A stretch of 64,000 bases of DNA from Acidimicrobiales bacterium (GCA_965213585.1 CBDBZP010000005.1:1329376-1393375); one strand, 5' to 3'. Positions 37,126 to 47,168 are shown, numbered from the stretch's first letter. Numbers and translations are program-made. Notes: generated by a model from the sequence alone, not told the origin.

Positions 37126-38492
37126 GCACCCCACCGGCCACCCACCGGCCCGACCCCGGCGGCGGCGGCGGTGACGGCGACGGCGCCGGGGGCGGGCGGG
37201 CCCGGCGGCGGCTGCGGGCCGGGCGACTGCGAACCACCACCGCGCACCTGTGCTCCATCTACCCCTGGTCGGTCGAAGACGACCTCGGCCACCGGGGCGT
37301 CTACTGGGGCACCGACGCCCTCTCCGGCGGGGGCCCCATGTTCTGGGACCCCTTCGAGGCCTACCACCACCTCCCCGACGGGCCCACCAACCCCAACGTG
37401 TTCATCGTCGGCGCCCCCGGCAACGGCAAATCCGCTCTCGTCAAGACCGGCCTGTGGCGCATGCACGCCCTCTACGGTCCGGCCCGCTGGTGGGCGATCT
37501 GTGACCCCAAAGGCGAATACGTCGACCTGGCCCACGCCATCGGCGCCGAACACCTCCGCCTCGCCCCCGGCGGCGTCTGCCGCATCAACCCCCTCGCCGC
37601 CGGGCCCGCCGGCGGCGCCGACCCGGCCCGCCGAGCCCGCCGCCACCACGGCCTCCTCCGGGCGCTGTGCGCCCTCGGGATGGGCGAAACACCCAGCCAG
37701 GAAGCCGACGCCGTCCTCTACGCCACCGCCCGCCACCTCAACACCGGTCCCCACACCACCCCCAGCCTGGCCGACGCCCGCACCCTCCTCCACCAGCCCC
37801 CACCCCAGGTTCTCGACGCCGCCCGCCTCGACGACCCCACCCACGCCCGGGCCGTGACCCGGCCCCTGGTGCTGGCCCTGGACCGGCTACTGGGCAACGA
37901 GCTGGCCGGCATGTTCGACGGCACCGACCCCGTCCCCGTCAACTGGACCGCCCCCGGCCTCGTCCTCGACCTGTCCGCCGTGTTCGGCGACACCGACGTC
38001 TTGTCGGTGGTCATGGTGGCCGCCACCGGCTGGCTGACCGAACTCATGGGCACCCCCGGACCCCAACGGGTCCAGGTCTTCGACGAGGTCTGGGCGCTCC
38101 TACGCGATCCCGCCGCCACCCGGCACCTGCAGCACTGCTGGAAGCTGGGCCGCACCTACGGGGTCGCCAACATCGCCGTCTGCCACCGGCCCTCCGACCT
38201 CACCGCCCAATCCGACGACGGCACCGCCCTATCCAAGATCGCCGCCGGACTCCTGGCCGACACCGCCACCAAGATCCTGCTCCGCCAGGACCCCGACCAG
38301 CTCGCCCACGCCCAGGTCGCCTTCGGTCTCTCACCCGCCGAGGTGGCCGTGGTAGCCGGCCTGCGTCGCGGGGAGTCGCTGTGGCGCACCGGGGAACGCT
38401 CCGCCCGCCTCACCCACCGCTACCACCACACAGAAGCCGCACTCATCGACACCGACGCCCGCATGCGTCACCCCGACGAGCAGCGGCTGTGA
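37122..38492 (+). CDS. VirB4-like conjugation ATPase (SCO6881-like)
   Basis: ATGA overlap. Walker A IVGAPGNGKSAL. Walker B RVQVFDEVWALL. Confidence 0.8.
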   Translation: MSTPPATHRPDPGGGGGDGDGAGGGRARRRLRAGRLRTTTAHLCSIYPWSVEDDLGHRGVYWGTDALSGGGPMFWDPFEAYHHLPDGPTNPNVFIVGAPGNGKSALVKTGLWRMHALYGPARWWAICDPKGEYVDLAHAIGAEHLRLAPGGVCRINPLAAGPAGGADPARRARRHHGLLRALCALGMGETPSQEADAVLYATARHLNTGPHTTPSLADARTLLHQPPPQVLDAARLDDPTHARAVTRPLVLALDRLLGNELAGMFDGTDPVPVNWTAPGLVLDLSAVFGDTDVLSVVMVAATGWLTELMGTPGPQRVQVFDEVWALLRDPAATRHLQHCWKLGRTYGVANIAVCHRPSDLTAQSDDGTALSKIAAGLLADTATKILLRQDPDQLAHAQVAFGLSPAEVAVVAGLRRGESLWRTGERSARLTHRYHHTEAALIDTDARMRHPDEQRL

Positions 38493-39640
38493 ACCGCTGG
38501 CCGGGTCCGCGCCCGTCGTCGCCGGACCGGCCGGCGGCCCGCTGGGACCGCGCCGAGATCCTGGCCCGCACCGACCTGGCCGCCCTCGCCGACGAGCTCA
38601 TCGGCGGCCGCAAAGGCCACGGCACCGCCGCCCGCTGGCCATCCCCCGTACCCGGCCACCCCCAGACCGGGCGCACCCCACCCATGAGCATCTTCACCGA
38701 CCGCTCCGGCGTCCAGCGCTTCACCTGCTGGTCCACCGGCACCTCCGGCACCGCCATCGACCTCCTCATCGTCACCCGCAACATGGGCGCCGGCGACGCC
38801 CTCGCCCTCCTCGCCCACCGGGCCGGCCTGCACCGCCCCCACACCATCCCCGCACCCGCCGCCCGGGCCCGGCCGGCGCCCCGCACCCAACCGCCCGAGC
38901 CGGTCACCGACCTGGCCCGCCTGCGCCGCTACCTGACCGCCACCCACCACCAGCTCCGCTCGGCCGCAGGCGCCGAGGCCCGGGACTGGATCTCCGACCG
39001 GTGGGGCATCGACACCGCCAGCGTCGCCCGCCACGGCCTCGGCCTCGACACCCACCCCCGGGTCCTGGCCCGCTCACCGGCCGGCGCCGTCGTCCTACCC
39101 GTCCGCGACCAGACCGGGCGGGCCGTCTACTACCAGGCCCGGCTCCTCTCACCCGGACCCGACCAACCCAAGTACCTCAACCCACCCAACCGCGTCGCCA
39201 CCAACCCCCTCATCGGCTGGGTCCGGCCCCCCCGGCCCCGGCCCGGGCCCCTCGTCATCTGCGAAGGCGTCCCCGACGCCATCGCCGCCGCCGACGCCGG
39301 CTACCCCGCCGCCGCCCTCATCGGCGTCGCCGCCGCCCGCAACCCCGCCGTCGCCGCGACCCTCGCCTCCCACCTCGACCACCACGGCGCGATCGTCGCC
39401 CTCGACGCCGACCCCGCCGGACGCGCCGCCGCCGCCCACCTCACCGCCACCCTCACCCACGGCGCGGCCGGGCCGGTCGGCGAGATCGTCACCTACCACC
39501 ACAGCGACCTGGCCGCCTGGCGGCTCGCTACCGGACCCCACTGGGCCGACACGCTCGCAGCCTGCGTCACCAACGCCGCCCACCGGCCCGACCTTGCCAC
39601 CCTCGAACGGTCCGGCCCCGGCCGGGCCCGCAGCCGGTAG
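38489..39640 (+). CDS. DnaG-like primase with a Toprim domain and a cysteine-poor zinc-finger-like N-terminus
   Basis: GTGA overlap. Toprim PLVICEGVPDAIAAADAG ... IVALDADPAG. The N-terminal WPSPVPGHPQTGRTPPMSIF...FTCWSTGTSGTAIDLL resembles a CHC2 finger with its ligands replaced. Confidence 0.7.
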   Translation: MNRWPGPRPSSPDRPAARWDRAEILARTDLAALADELIGGRKGHGTAARWPSPVPGHPQTGRTPPMSIFTDRSGVQRFTCWSTGTSGTAIDLLIVTRNMGAGDALALLAHRAGLHRPHTIPAPAARARPAPRTQPPEPVTDLARLRRYLTATHHQLRSAAGAEARDWISDRWGIDTASVARHGLGLDTHPRVLARSPAGAVVLPVRDQTGRAVYYQARLLSPGPDQPKYLNPPNRVATNPLIGWVRPPRPRPGPLVICEGVPDAIAAADAGYPAAALIGVAAARNPAVAATLASHLDHHGAIVALDADPAGRAAAAHLTATLTHGAAGPVGEIVTYHHSDLAAWRLATGPHWADTLAACVTNAAHRPDLATLERSGPGRARSR

Positions 39641-39703
39641 CACCATGACGACGATACGTCAATGCTGTTGACGCAACGCCTGGGTGGGAGGAGGATGGGG
39701 ACG

Positions 39704-40021
39704 ATGCCCGCACCGCTCCCCGGCCCGGTGCTGCCGCTGATCGGGGGATCGACCCGCTCCCAGCTGGCTAGCGTCGCGGTCGTGCCCGGCGGCCGGCCCC
39801 CCACCTACGGTCACGACACCGCCGACCTCCTCGACCAGATGTCCGCCCTGGCCGACGACCACGCCGCCGCCACCGCCGTCGTCGAGGACCTCCGGGCCCG
39901 GCGCATCGCCCTGGCCCAAGAGGCCGCCCGCCGGGGCGCGTCCGGCGGAGTCATCGCCGCCGCCCTGCGGGTCAGCCGCCAGCAGGTCCACCACTGGATC
40001 GGCCCCCGGAACCCGGCATGA
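39704..40021 (+). CDS. Small protein with a C-terminal helix-turn-helix
   Basis: ggaggagg lies 9-12 nt before ATG 39704. C-terminal GGVIAAALRVSRQQVHHWI. Confidence 0.5.
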   Translation: MPAPLPGPVLPLIGGSTRSQLASVAVVPGGRPPTYGHDTADLLDQMSALADDHAAATAVVEDLRARRIALAQEAARRGASGGVIAAALRVSRQQVHHWIGPRNPA

Positions 40022-40767
40022 CCGCCCCCACCCGCCAGCAGTCCGCCATACCCGCCCTCGACCCGCCCGGTCTGACCGTCGCCCGCAGCCCCGCCGACCG
40101 GCGCGCCGCCCAAGTGGCCGGCATGCAAGCCCGCCTCCGTCGAGCCCGCCGCTACGGCGACAACGGGCCGTCCCCACGCTGGCTCCACCTCGGCGCCATC
40201 GTGGCCGGGGTCCTCGCCCGGGGAGACCCCCGCCGCACCATCTACGTCACCTCACCCGTAGCCGCCAGCATCTTCGTCGTACCAGCCCGGCTCGGCCGCT
40301 ACGCCGTCACCCGGGCAGCGGCGTTCCTCGCCGCCTGCGCCGTCATCTTCCTCGCCGCCTTCTCCGGCGCGCTGATCGCCGCAACCGTCCCCGCCCCCGC
40401 CGTCCTGATCGTCGTCGCCCTGACCTTGGCCGTCCTAGTCGTCCCTGCCACCTGGATGGGCGACTCGCTACGGGCCCTGCACATCACCACGATGGTCGCC
40501 CGGTTCCCCTTCCCCCTCACCCACTACAGCTACGGACTCGGTCGCAGCCCCGACCACCAACCCGGCGGCGGCGCCGCCTACCTGGCCTCCCTCCACGCCT
40601 GGATCGACACCATCCCCGGAGGCTGCGTCGGCGGCCACGTCGACGACAACACCGACGACTGGGCCCGCCTCCGGGACTGGTACCTCGCCCACGGCCGCAC
40701 CCTCGTCGACCCCGACGACCCCCACGAACGCCGCACCTACCACCCCCACCCCCCGCCACCGTCGTGA
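40018..40767 (+). CDS. Membrane protein, hypothetical
   Basis: ATGA overlap. Several TM segments. Confidence 0.5.
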   Translation: MTAPTRQQSAIPALDPPGLTVARSPADRRAAQVAGMQARLRRARRYGDNGPSPRWLHLGAIVAGVLARGDPRRTIYVTSPVAASIFVVPARLGRYAVTRAAAFLAACAVIFLAAFSGALIAATVPAPAVLIVVALTLAVLVVPATWMGDSLRALHITTMVARFPFPLTHYSYGLGRSPDHQPGGGAAYLASLHAWIDTIPGGCVGGHVDDNTDDWARLRDWYLAHGRTLVDPDDPHERRTYHPHPPPPS

Positions 40768-41213
40768 GCGCCGCCGAGATCGCCGTCGCCGCCGCCGGGC
40801 TCACCGGCCCCGCCATCGCCTCCGTCATCGACGCCCGACACCACCGCCTCCCCACCCCGCTCCTGCACGCCTCCACCGCCGCCGTCACCATCGTCATCGC
40901 AGCCGCCACCACCGCCGGCCAGCCCGCCAGCCGAGCCATCACCGCGGCAGTCGTAGCCGTCGCCGTCGCTGCGCCGGCCGCCGTGCTGTGGTGGATCGCC
41001 CCGGCACACATCGGCTTCGGCGACGTCCGCCTCCTCGCCGTCGCCGCCCTCACCATCGCCTGGATCGACCCCACCCTGGTCTGGGTCTGGCTCCTCGCCG
41101 CCCTCACCCTCACCGGCATCTGGGCAGCGCTCACCCGCTCCCGCCTCATCGCCTTCGGCCCCCCACTCACCGCCGCCGCCCTCGCAGCAGCAGGCATCGC
41201 CCTCAGCGGGTAG
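40764..41213 (+). CDS. A24-family prepilin peptidase (TadV/CpaA-like)
   Basis: First Asp in SVIDARHHRLP, second in the GFGDVRL (GxGD) motif. Polytopic membrane protein. Confidence 0.7.
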   Translation: MSAAEIAVAAAGLTGPAIASVIDARHHRLPTPLLHASTAAVTIVIAAATTAGQPASRAITAAVVAVAVAAPAAVLWWIAPAHIGFGDVRLLAVAALTIAWIDPTLVWVWLLAALTLTGIWAALTRSRLIAFGPPLTAAALAAAGIALSG

Positions 41214-41490
41214 AGCGACGAGCGATCCCCCTCCGATGCAGGACGTCTGCCATAGGAGCTCGGCGCCGCCGTCGCCGGGCGTTGAGCGCACGGGAACGGA
41301 CAACTCGGGCGTCCCAGACCGGCACGTCGGGGATGGTGCGCCGGAACCCGGCGGTCGACGGATAGGGGGCGCTCTGCCCGTGCCTGGATAGCGGCGGTCT
41401 TCCCGCATGCAGCTTCGCGGTGTCGGACCCCGCCGCCTCGACAACCGGCAAGTCATCGATCGCGTGACCGATGTTTCGTAACATCGTGCG

Positions 41491-43980
41491 ATGGCCTCGA
41501 AGTCACAGCGGCGTCGCGCAACCAAGCGCAAGCGTGCGCTGCACCGCGCACGCGCTTTGCGAGCGGAGGACCTCCCGACGCTACCTCGGCCGCTTCGGCT
41601 GGCAGCCGAGGGCTACGAGCGGATGGCCAAGCTCGTGGGCCAGTCCGCCAGCGAGGCGGAGGCGCGCGACACTCTCGAGAGGCAGCTGCGAGCTGCGGTG
41701 GAGCGAGTCGTGGAGCTAACGGAGCGCTTCGACGCATTCGATGTCATCGAGTGTCTCAAGATCTCGGAAACTCTCTTCGATCCAGAGACGTACTGCGAGA
41801 CGGAGAACGAGGGCATGGCCGCAGTGATCGAGCTAGCTGCGGCGATCCTCTCCTGTCGCGGCACGCGGTACCCGGACGCAGAGCATCTGGCAACGAGCCG
41901 TCAGCCCGACGAGGTAATCGACGACGTCCGTGCCGCCTGCCGGGAGATCCTTGATGTCGGGTCGATGGCCCTCTTGCTCGATGGGCTGACCGCGTCGGAT
42001 GATCAGGCGAAGCTTGCGATGTCTGCTGCACTCCGTGAGGTCTTCGTTCGCAACTTGATCTATGAGCACATGCTCGTTGACACGCTCTCCGGGCTCTTCG
42101 ACGAGCCGGCCGTCGAGCTGGCCTGTCGTCAGACAATCGGGTGTTCGGGTGCCGAGGTGCGAAGCGTGGTGTCCGCGCTTCAGGAGATGCATGCGGGGGC
42201 CTGGCACGCACGATTCGCCTCTGCAGCGGAGTTCATGAACTTTTTGACGGAAGCGCACGCTGTCCGGGTAGCCGAGGCCGAAGCGGCGGATGCGGCCGGC
42301 GATCCGCTGCGAGCGATCGACGATGCTGAGCGGGAGCGAGCTCGCGAGCTGCACGACGCTGCATGGGAGAGGCCAGCGGACGCTGCTGTTGTGGACGTAC
42401 TCGCCGTGTCGAGCCGGACAGGTCTTCCCCCTGAGGTGGTCTCGACCGCCGTTCAGCTCCTTTCGCAGCCGATGACCTCCGGGAACCCTGTGACGGCTGC
42501 GAAGGCACTTCTGTCCGGCCGAGCTCCGTTTCGTACGCGACCTATGCTGAGCGATCCAGACGGCTCGGTGATGGCCGTCCACGAGAGTCTGGTGCTGGCA
42601 GGCGTCCGAGATCGGATGGAGGGGAAGCTCAAGAACTCGACGGGGTGGAATCTCTACGCCAAGCACCGCGGTGAGTTCCTAGAGACTGTCAGCCTTCGGC
42701 ATCTTCAGACGTTGCTCCCAGGCGCGAGTGTATACTCGTCATTGAAGTACTTCGTGCCGGATCCGACGAACGACGAGCCAACCCCAGCGACGTACACGAA
42801 GCTGGTCGAGGGCGACGGCCTCCTGCTGTTGGACGACATCGCGATAGTCCTTGAGGCGAAGGCCGGTGCCTTCGGCACCGAGGCACGGGCGGGCAACCGA
42901 AGTCGGCTCAGGTCCGACCTTCGCAAGCTGTTGACCGAGGCGGCGGCGCAGTCGGCGCGATTACGGGAGCGCCTCGACCGTGACGGTGGTATTCGGCTGC
43001 AGGATGGAAGCTGGCTGGACCTCACGAGCGTACGAGAGGTTCATCAGGTCTTGGTCACTCTCGAGGACCTCTCATCTATCGCCACCGAGACCGTCGAGCT
43101 TGTGACAGCTGGACTGCTGAGCATCGACGACGTGCCCTGGACCGTGTCGGTGCACGACTTGCGCATCATCGCCGAACTCATCGAACGGCCCGCCGAGTTT
43201 CTGCTGTACCTTCGTCGGCGCACCGCTCCAACGGTGACCTCGTTCCACCATGCGGTAGACGAGCTCGACTTATTCCTCGAGTTCTTCGCCCACGGTCTGT
43301 ATGTCGAGCCGGACCCTGAGGAGGTCTACGCCCGCATGCCGCACCTCGGCGAGCCGTCCGTTGCCGATCGCCGACGGTTCAAAAAGCAGGGCGTGACCAT
43401 CCTTGCCAGCCGAACCGACGCACTCGATGCCTGGTATTTCCACAACCTGGGGATCCGTCGGACAGAAGCGCCGAAGCCAAAGCACAACGCAAACCCGAAG
43501 GTGCGGGAGCTCGTCGACTCGCTCGAGCGGCTGCGGCCGGACGGTTGGCTGGCGACCGGTGCGACGCTCCTTGGTGCCTCATCGGCACTACAGGACCGAT
43601 TCGCCAAGATGGCGCCCGACCTTCGGCGACTCACAGGGCGTGACCATAAATCCCACTCGTACACGACGTTCTCGGCTGGTGACGGTAACGACACCGTCCT
43701 GCTGGTTTGGGTGACGCTTGCGAAGACTGAGTCAGTGGCCTCGGCGACGCAACGGCTGCGCGCCTACATGCTCGCCAAGAAGCATCAGATGCAAGCGGTC
43801 ACGGCGGCGTGCATGATCTTCGGTACCGATCAGCTGCCGCTAGCACTGCTCTACGAGAACAAGCCCCCAGGCCCAGACCTCGATCTCGACGCCGTGATTG
43901 CCCGGTCCGACCTGCGTCCGCCGACTGCGGGGGTCGACCCGAGACCTGGGCGAGGAGCCCGTCGAAGGCCTCTGCGGTGA
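41491..43980 (+). CDS. Large hypothetical cargo protein (829 aa) with a possible PD-(D/E)xK-like motif
   Basis: Clean long ORF in a lower-GC segment. GDGLLLLDDIAIVLEAKAG (about 42810-42870) resembles a D...ExK nuclease core. No other motif recognised. Confidence 0.7.
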   Translation: MASKSQRRRATKRKRALHRARALRAEDLPTLPRPLRLAAEGYERMAKLVGQSASEAEARDTLERQLRAAVERVVELTERFDAFDVIECLKISETLFDPETYCETENEGMAAVIELAAAILSCRGTRYPDAEHLATSRQPDEVIDDVRAACREILDVGSMALLLDGLTASDDQAKLAMSAALREVFVRNLIYEHMLVDTLSGLFDEPAVELACRQTIGCSGAEVRSVVSALQEMHAGAWHARFASAAEFMNFLTEAHAVRVAEAEAADAAGDPLRAIDDAERERARELHDAAWERPADAAVVDVLAVSSRTGLPPEVVSTAVQLLSQPMTSGNPVTAAKALLSGRAPFRTRPMLSDPDGSVMAVHESLVLAGVRDRMEGKLKNSTGWNLYAKHRGEFLETVSLRHLQTLLPGASVYSSLKYFVPDPTNDEPTPATYTKLVEGDGLLLLDDIAIVLEAKAGAFGTEARAGNRSRLRSDLRKLLTEAAAQSARLRERLDRDGGIRLQDGSWLDLTSVREVHQVLVTLEDLSSIATETVELVTAGLLSIDDVPWTVSVHDLRIIAELIERPAEFLLYLRRRTAPTVTSFHHAVDELDLFLEFFAHGLYVEPDPEEVYARMPHLGEPSVADRRRFKKQGVTILASRTDALDAWYFHNLGIRRTEAPKPKHNANPKVRELVDSLERLRPDGWLATGATLLGASSALQDRFAKMAPDLRRLTGRDHKSHSYTTFSAGDGNDTVLLVWVTLAKTESVASATQRLRAYMLAKKHQMQAVTAACMIFGTDQLPLALLYENKPPGPDLDLDAVIARSDLRPPTAGVDPRPGRGARRRPLR

Positions 43981-44114
43981 CGGCCTGAGTCCGCGATTGG
44001 TAGGCGAAGTCGCCCTCGAACACGCTGAGCCGCTCCAGCGACGGCCCTGCCACCTACCGCCGGCTGGATGGCGCCATCAACTCGGCCAGAACGTCGCCGG
44101 CGCTCCGTGGCCCG

Positions 44115-44438
44115 CTACTGGTGCGCCGGGTCCGAGCGAGCCCCGTCGGCATCGGACGGGCGCTGGGGGGGCCAGTCGATCCGGCCGCCGATCAGTTGCT
44201 CGAGAGCGGCTCGCGGGACACGCAGTCGGCGTCCCAAGCGGACCACGGGTAGACCGTTGCGGCCTCCCGAGTCGAGGAACTCGTGGGCGAGGTCGTACGC
44301 ACAAGTCCGCCCCACCCTCAGCACCACGGCGGCCTCCTCAACGGACAGCAGCGGTGGTGCCGGCGATCGAACGGCCGGTTCCGCTGGCAGACGGTCGCGA
44401 AGGGGCGAGCAGGGACGGTCGCGGTGCGGGCGGGCCAT
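44115..44438 (-). CDS. Excisionase-family/MerR-like HTH DNA-binding protein
   Basis: LLSVEEAAVVLRVGRTCAYDLAHEF...LPVVRLGRRLRVPRAALEQLI. Adjacent to the tRNA-like repeat. Confidence 0.65.
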   Translation of the reverse strand: MARPHRDRPCSPLRDRLPAEPAVRSPAPPLLSVEEAAVVLRVGRTCAYDLAHEFLDSGGRNGLPVVRLGRRLRVPRAALEQLIGGRIDWPPQRPSDADGARSDPAHQ

Positions 44439-44672
44439 GAGCACAATTAGAGGCCGGCTCATCGAGAATGCGTTGCAAGATCGGGTTCGGGCATGCCGGG
44501 GCCCAGCGCCATGGGCCGTCCCGTTCTCGGCCCGGGGTGCACGAAAGGTGCACGGACGCCGCCGGACGGGCCCGGATCAGCCGGATCGGCGGCGCCCGCC
44601 CGAGGGGCGTTCTGCCTGGTCACGGCGTACGAAGGCGCACTTGGACGGACTCCGCCGGAAGGGCCGGACGCA

Positions 44673-44716
44673 ACTTCTAATCCGACGGTCGCAGGTTCGA
44701 ATCCTGCCGGGGGCGC
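44673..44716 (+). repeat. tRNA 3'-half-like sequence (anticodon loop to discriminator), putative att site and right end of the ICE
   Basis: acttctaatccgacggtcgcaggttcgaatcctgccgggggcgc contains a canonical T-arm (GCAGG-TTCGAAT-CCTGC). No matching 5' half or CCA. Nearly identical to 47295-47338. Confidence 0.7.
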
Positions 44717-44774
44717 TGCGAATTACCAGGTCAGCAGCCTGGACGGCTCGGGGCGGCAGGCCCGAAACCGCAGT

Positions 44775-44816
44775 TGTCCCATCTCTGTCCCATCAATCGG
44801 TCCAGGCTTGTCCCAT
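44775..44816. repeat. Three TGTCCCAT motifs (44775, 44786, 44809)
   Basis: Read from the DNA. A homologous pair lies at 47169 and 47181. Confidence 0.6.
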
Positions 44817-44837
44817 GGCCCGGGGGAGCATCCGCCT

Positions 44838-46300
44838 GGAGGTTGTCCCGGTAGTCGTGGAAGTTGAGGTGGCGGTCCCCCGCTCGAGACCTGCCGGCTG
44901 GTAGGTGTCGGGCGACCGCCAAGTCACTCGACAGCAAGGGACCACCACCTGTGACCAAGAACTACCAGACCACCACCGCGCCCGACATGATCGACGAGAC
45001 GCTGGCGATGCCGGCCGAGGTGACCGTCGCCCTGGCCGAGATCGGCGGCGCCGCCCGGGAGGGCCTGCTGGCCCTGGCGGTAGCCACCGGCCTCGAGGTG
45101 ATGGGCGCCATGATGGAGGAGTCCGTGTGCGCCCTGGCCGGCCCCAAGGGCCGCCATGACCCCGACCGGACCGCGGTCCGCCACGGCAGCGAGGACGGCT
45201 CGGTCGTCCTCGGCGGGCGGCGGGTGCCGGTGCGCCGGCCCCGGGTCCGTACCGCCGACGGCACAGCCGAGCTGGCGGTGGGCGCCTATGAGGCGTTCAC
45301 CGGCTCGGATCTGCTCGAAGCGCTGGCGTTGGAGCGGATGATGGCCAAGCTGTCCACCCGCCGCTACTCCGCCGGGCTTGAACCCGTCGGCGCCGCCGTC
45401 GAACAGAGAGCGAATTCGACGTCGAAGAGTTCGATCTCTCGGCGGTTCGTGGCCCGCACCGAGACGGCCCTGGCCGAGCTGATGGCCGCTGACCTGTCCG
45501 GTCACGACATCGTGGCCCTGATGATCGACGGCGTGCACTTCGCCGGGCACTGCTGCGTCGTGGCCCTCGGGATCAGCATCGACGGCACCAAGATCCCCCT
45601 CGGCCTGGTCGAGGGCGACACCGAGAACACCACCGTCGTCCGGGACCTTCTCGCCGGGCTGCGGGACCGGGGCCTGGACACCACCCGCCCGGTGCTCGTC
45701 GTCATCGACGGCGCCAAAGCCCTCGCCGCCGGGGTACGGGCCGTGTTCGACCACCCCGTCATCCAACGCTGCCAGCTCCACAAGATCCGCAACGTCGAAG
45801 CCCGCCTCCCCAAGTCGACTGCGCCCACGGTGGCCAAGAAGATGCGGGCCGCCTACCGCTGCACCGATCCGCTCACCGCCGAGGCGACCCTCGAAGCGCT
45901 CGTCCGTGACCTCACCCGGTCCCACCCCGGCGCGGCGGGGTCGCTCCGGGAGGCCCTGGCCGAGACGCTGACCGTCAACCGGCTCGGGGTGCCACCCACC
46001 CTGGCCCGGACCCTGCGGTCGACCAACGCCATCGAGTCGATGATCGAGATCTGCCGGGACCACAGCTCGAACGTCAAGCGCTGGCGTGACGGCCAGATGG
46101 TGCTGCGCTGGTGCGCCGCCGGCATGGGCGAGGCCGCCCGCCAGTTCCGACGGGTCAACGGCCACCTCCACCTCCGAGCCCTCCGCCAGACCCTCGACGA
46201 CCACACCACCGGCCGTGTCACACCCCCATGCCATGATGAGGAAGCCGCCTGAACCACACCGGGCCGCCACCGAAGTTCCACGAAACTCGGGACATCCTCC
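44838..46300 (+). mobile_element. IS256-family insertion sequence
   Basis: Imperfect terminal inverted repeats: ggaggttgtcccggtagtcgtggaagttgaggtggcgg (44838-) against the reverse complement of 46261-46300 (ggaggatgtcccgagtttcgtggaacttcggtggcgg). They enclose the transposase gene. Confidence 0.8.
44951..46252 (+). CDS. IS256-family (Mutator-like) transposase
   Basis: GTG 44951. MIDGVHFAGHCCVVALGISIDGTKIPLGL..., VIQRCQLHKIRNV and TNAIESM are typical of the family. Confidence 0.9.
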   Translation: MTKNYQTTTAPDMIDETLAMPAEVTVALAEIGGAAREGLLALAVATGLEVMGAMMEESVCALAGPKGRHDPDRTAVRHGSEDGSVVLGGRRVPVRRPRVRTADGTAELAVGAYEAFTGSDLLEALALERMMAKLSTRRYSAGLEPVGAAVEQRANSTSKSSISRRFVARTETALAELMAADLSGHDIVALMIDGVHFAGHCCVVALGISIDGTKIPLGLVEGDTENTTVVRDLLAGLRDRGLDTTRPVLVVIDGAKALAAGVRAVFDHPVIQRCQLHKIRNVEARLPKSTAPTVAKKMRAAYRCTDPLTAEATLEALVRDLTRSHPGAAGSLREALAETLTVNRLGVPPTLARTLRSTNAIESMIEICRDHSSNVKRWRDGQMVLRWCAAGMGEAARQFRRVNGHLHLRALRQTLDDHTTGRVTPPCHDEEAA

Positions 46301-46303
46301 CTG

Positions 46304-46960
46304 CTAGCTCCCGACGTCCCGAGACACGCCGCCCCCTCCGCCGGGGACACGGCCACCATCGGCCACCTCACCGCCGCCGGCTGGGCCGTCGACGTCGTCG
46401 ACGACGACACCCTTACCACCGGCACCGCCGAGGCCGCCGACGCCGTCATCGTGTCCCGTGACGCCACCACCGCCACCGTCAACACCCACCTCACCGCAGC
46501 CCGGGTCCCCGTGGTCGCCTCCAACTCCCAGCTCTTCGACGACCTGGGTCTCACCACCGGCACCGGCACCACCACCCAGAACCGGACCGCCCTGACCATC
46601 ACCAGCGCCGCCCACCCCGCCGCCGGGGGGGCCAGCGGCACCGTCGGGGTCTTCGGGGGCAGCCGCAACATCGTCACCGTCCCCACCGCCGACGTCGCCG
46701 CCAACGCCACCATCATCGCCACCGCCGCCGGCCAACCCGACCAGGCCGCCCTCGACGCCGGCCAGGACGGCGCCGACGGCCAACCCGCCCCCGCCCCCCG
46801 GGCCGCCTGGTGGGCCACCAACACCAACACCACCGCCCACACCCCCGGCGCCTGGGACCTCCTCGACGCCACCCTCACCTGGGCCACCACCACCCCCGGC
46901 ACCACCACCACCCGCCGCTACAGCCCCGACGGGCTCCTCGCCGCTTCACACGGCAGATCT
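46304..46960 (+). pseudogene. Start-less fragment of a secreted/repeat protein, truncated at both ends
   Basis: The in-frame reading begins right at the IS256 end (APDVPRHAAPSAGDTATIGHLTAAGWAVDVVDDD...) and ends in ...RRYSPDGLL, after which composition changes. Confidence 0.45.
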
Positions 46961-47168
46961 CACGCACTTGGTGACACGGGCCGGACGGCGACGCATTCTG
47001 CGGACCGCGCATCGGACGGACCTGACCAGGCCTTTTCGGACTCGACGGGTCCCGGCGAACGGCTGTCAAGGCCCTTGCGTTCCGCAGGCTCGCCACCGTG
47101 ATCGCCGACGCTTGCGTTCGGATCTCGGGGGCGGTCCGTCAGTCAGTCGTGGCCCCCGTGCGGGGTCC

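Noticed and set aside
41203-41484. 93-aa minus-strand ORF in the gap between the prepilin peptidase and the 829-aa gene.
   Set aside because: No motif, Arg-rich C-terminus and no convincing RBS. It may be non-coding promoter DNA for 41491.
43799-44053. 84-aa minus-strand ORF (MAGPSLERLSVFEGDFAYQSR...), considered as a remnant of the missing ICE integrase.
   Set aside because: It overlaps the 3' end of the 829-aa gene, has no recombinase motif, and cannot be supported.
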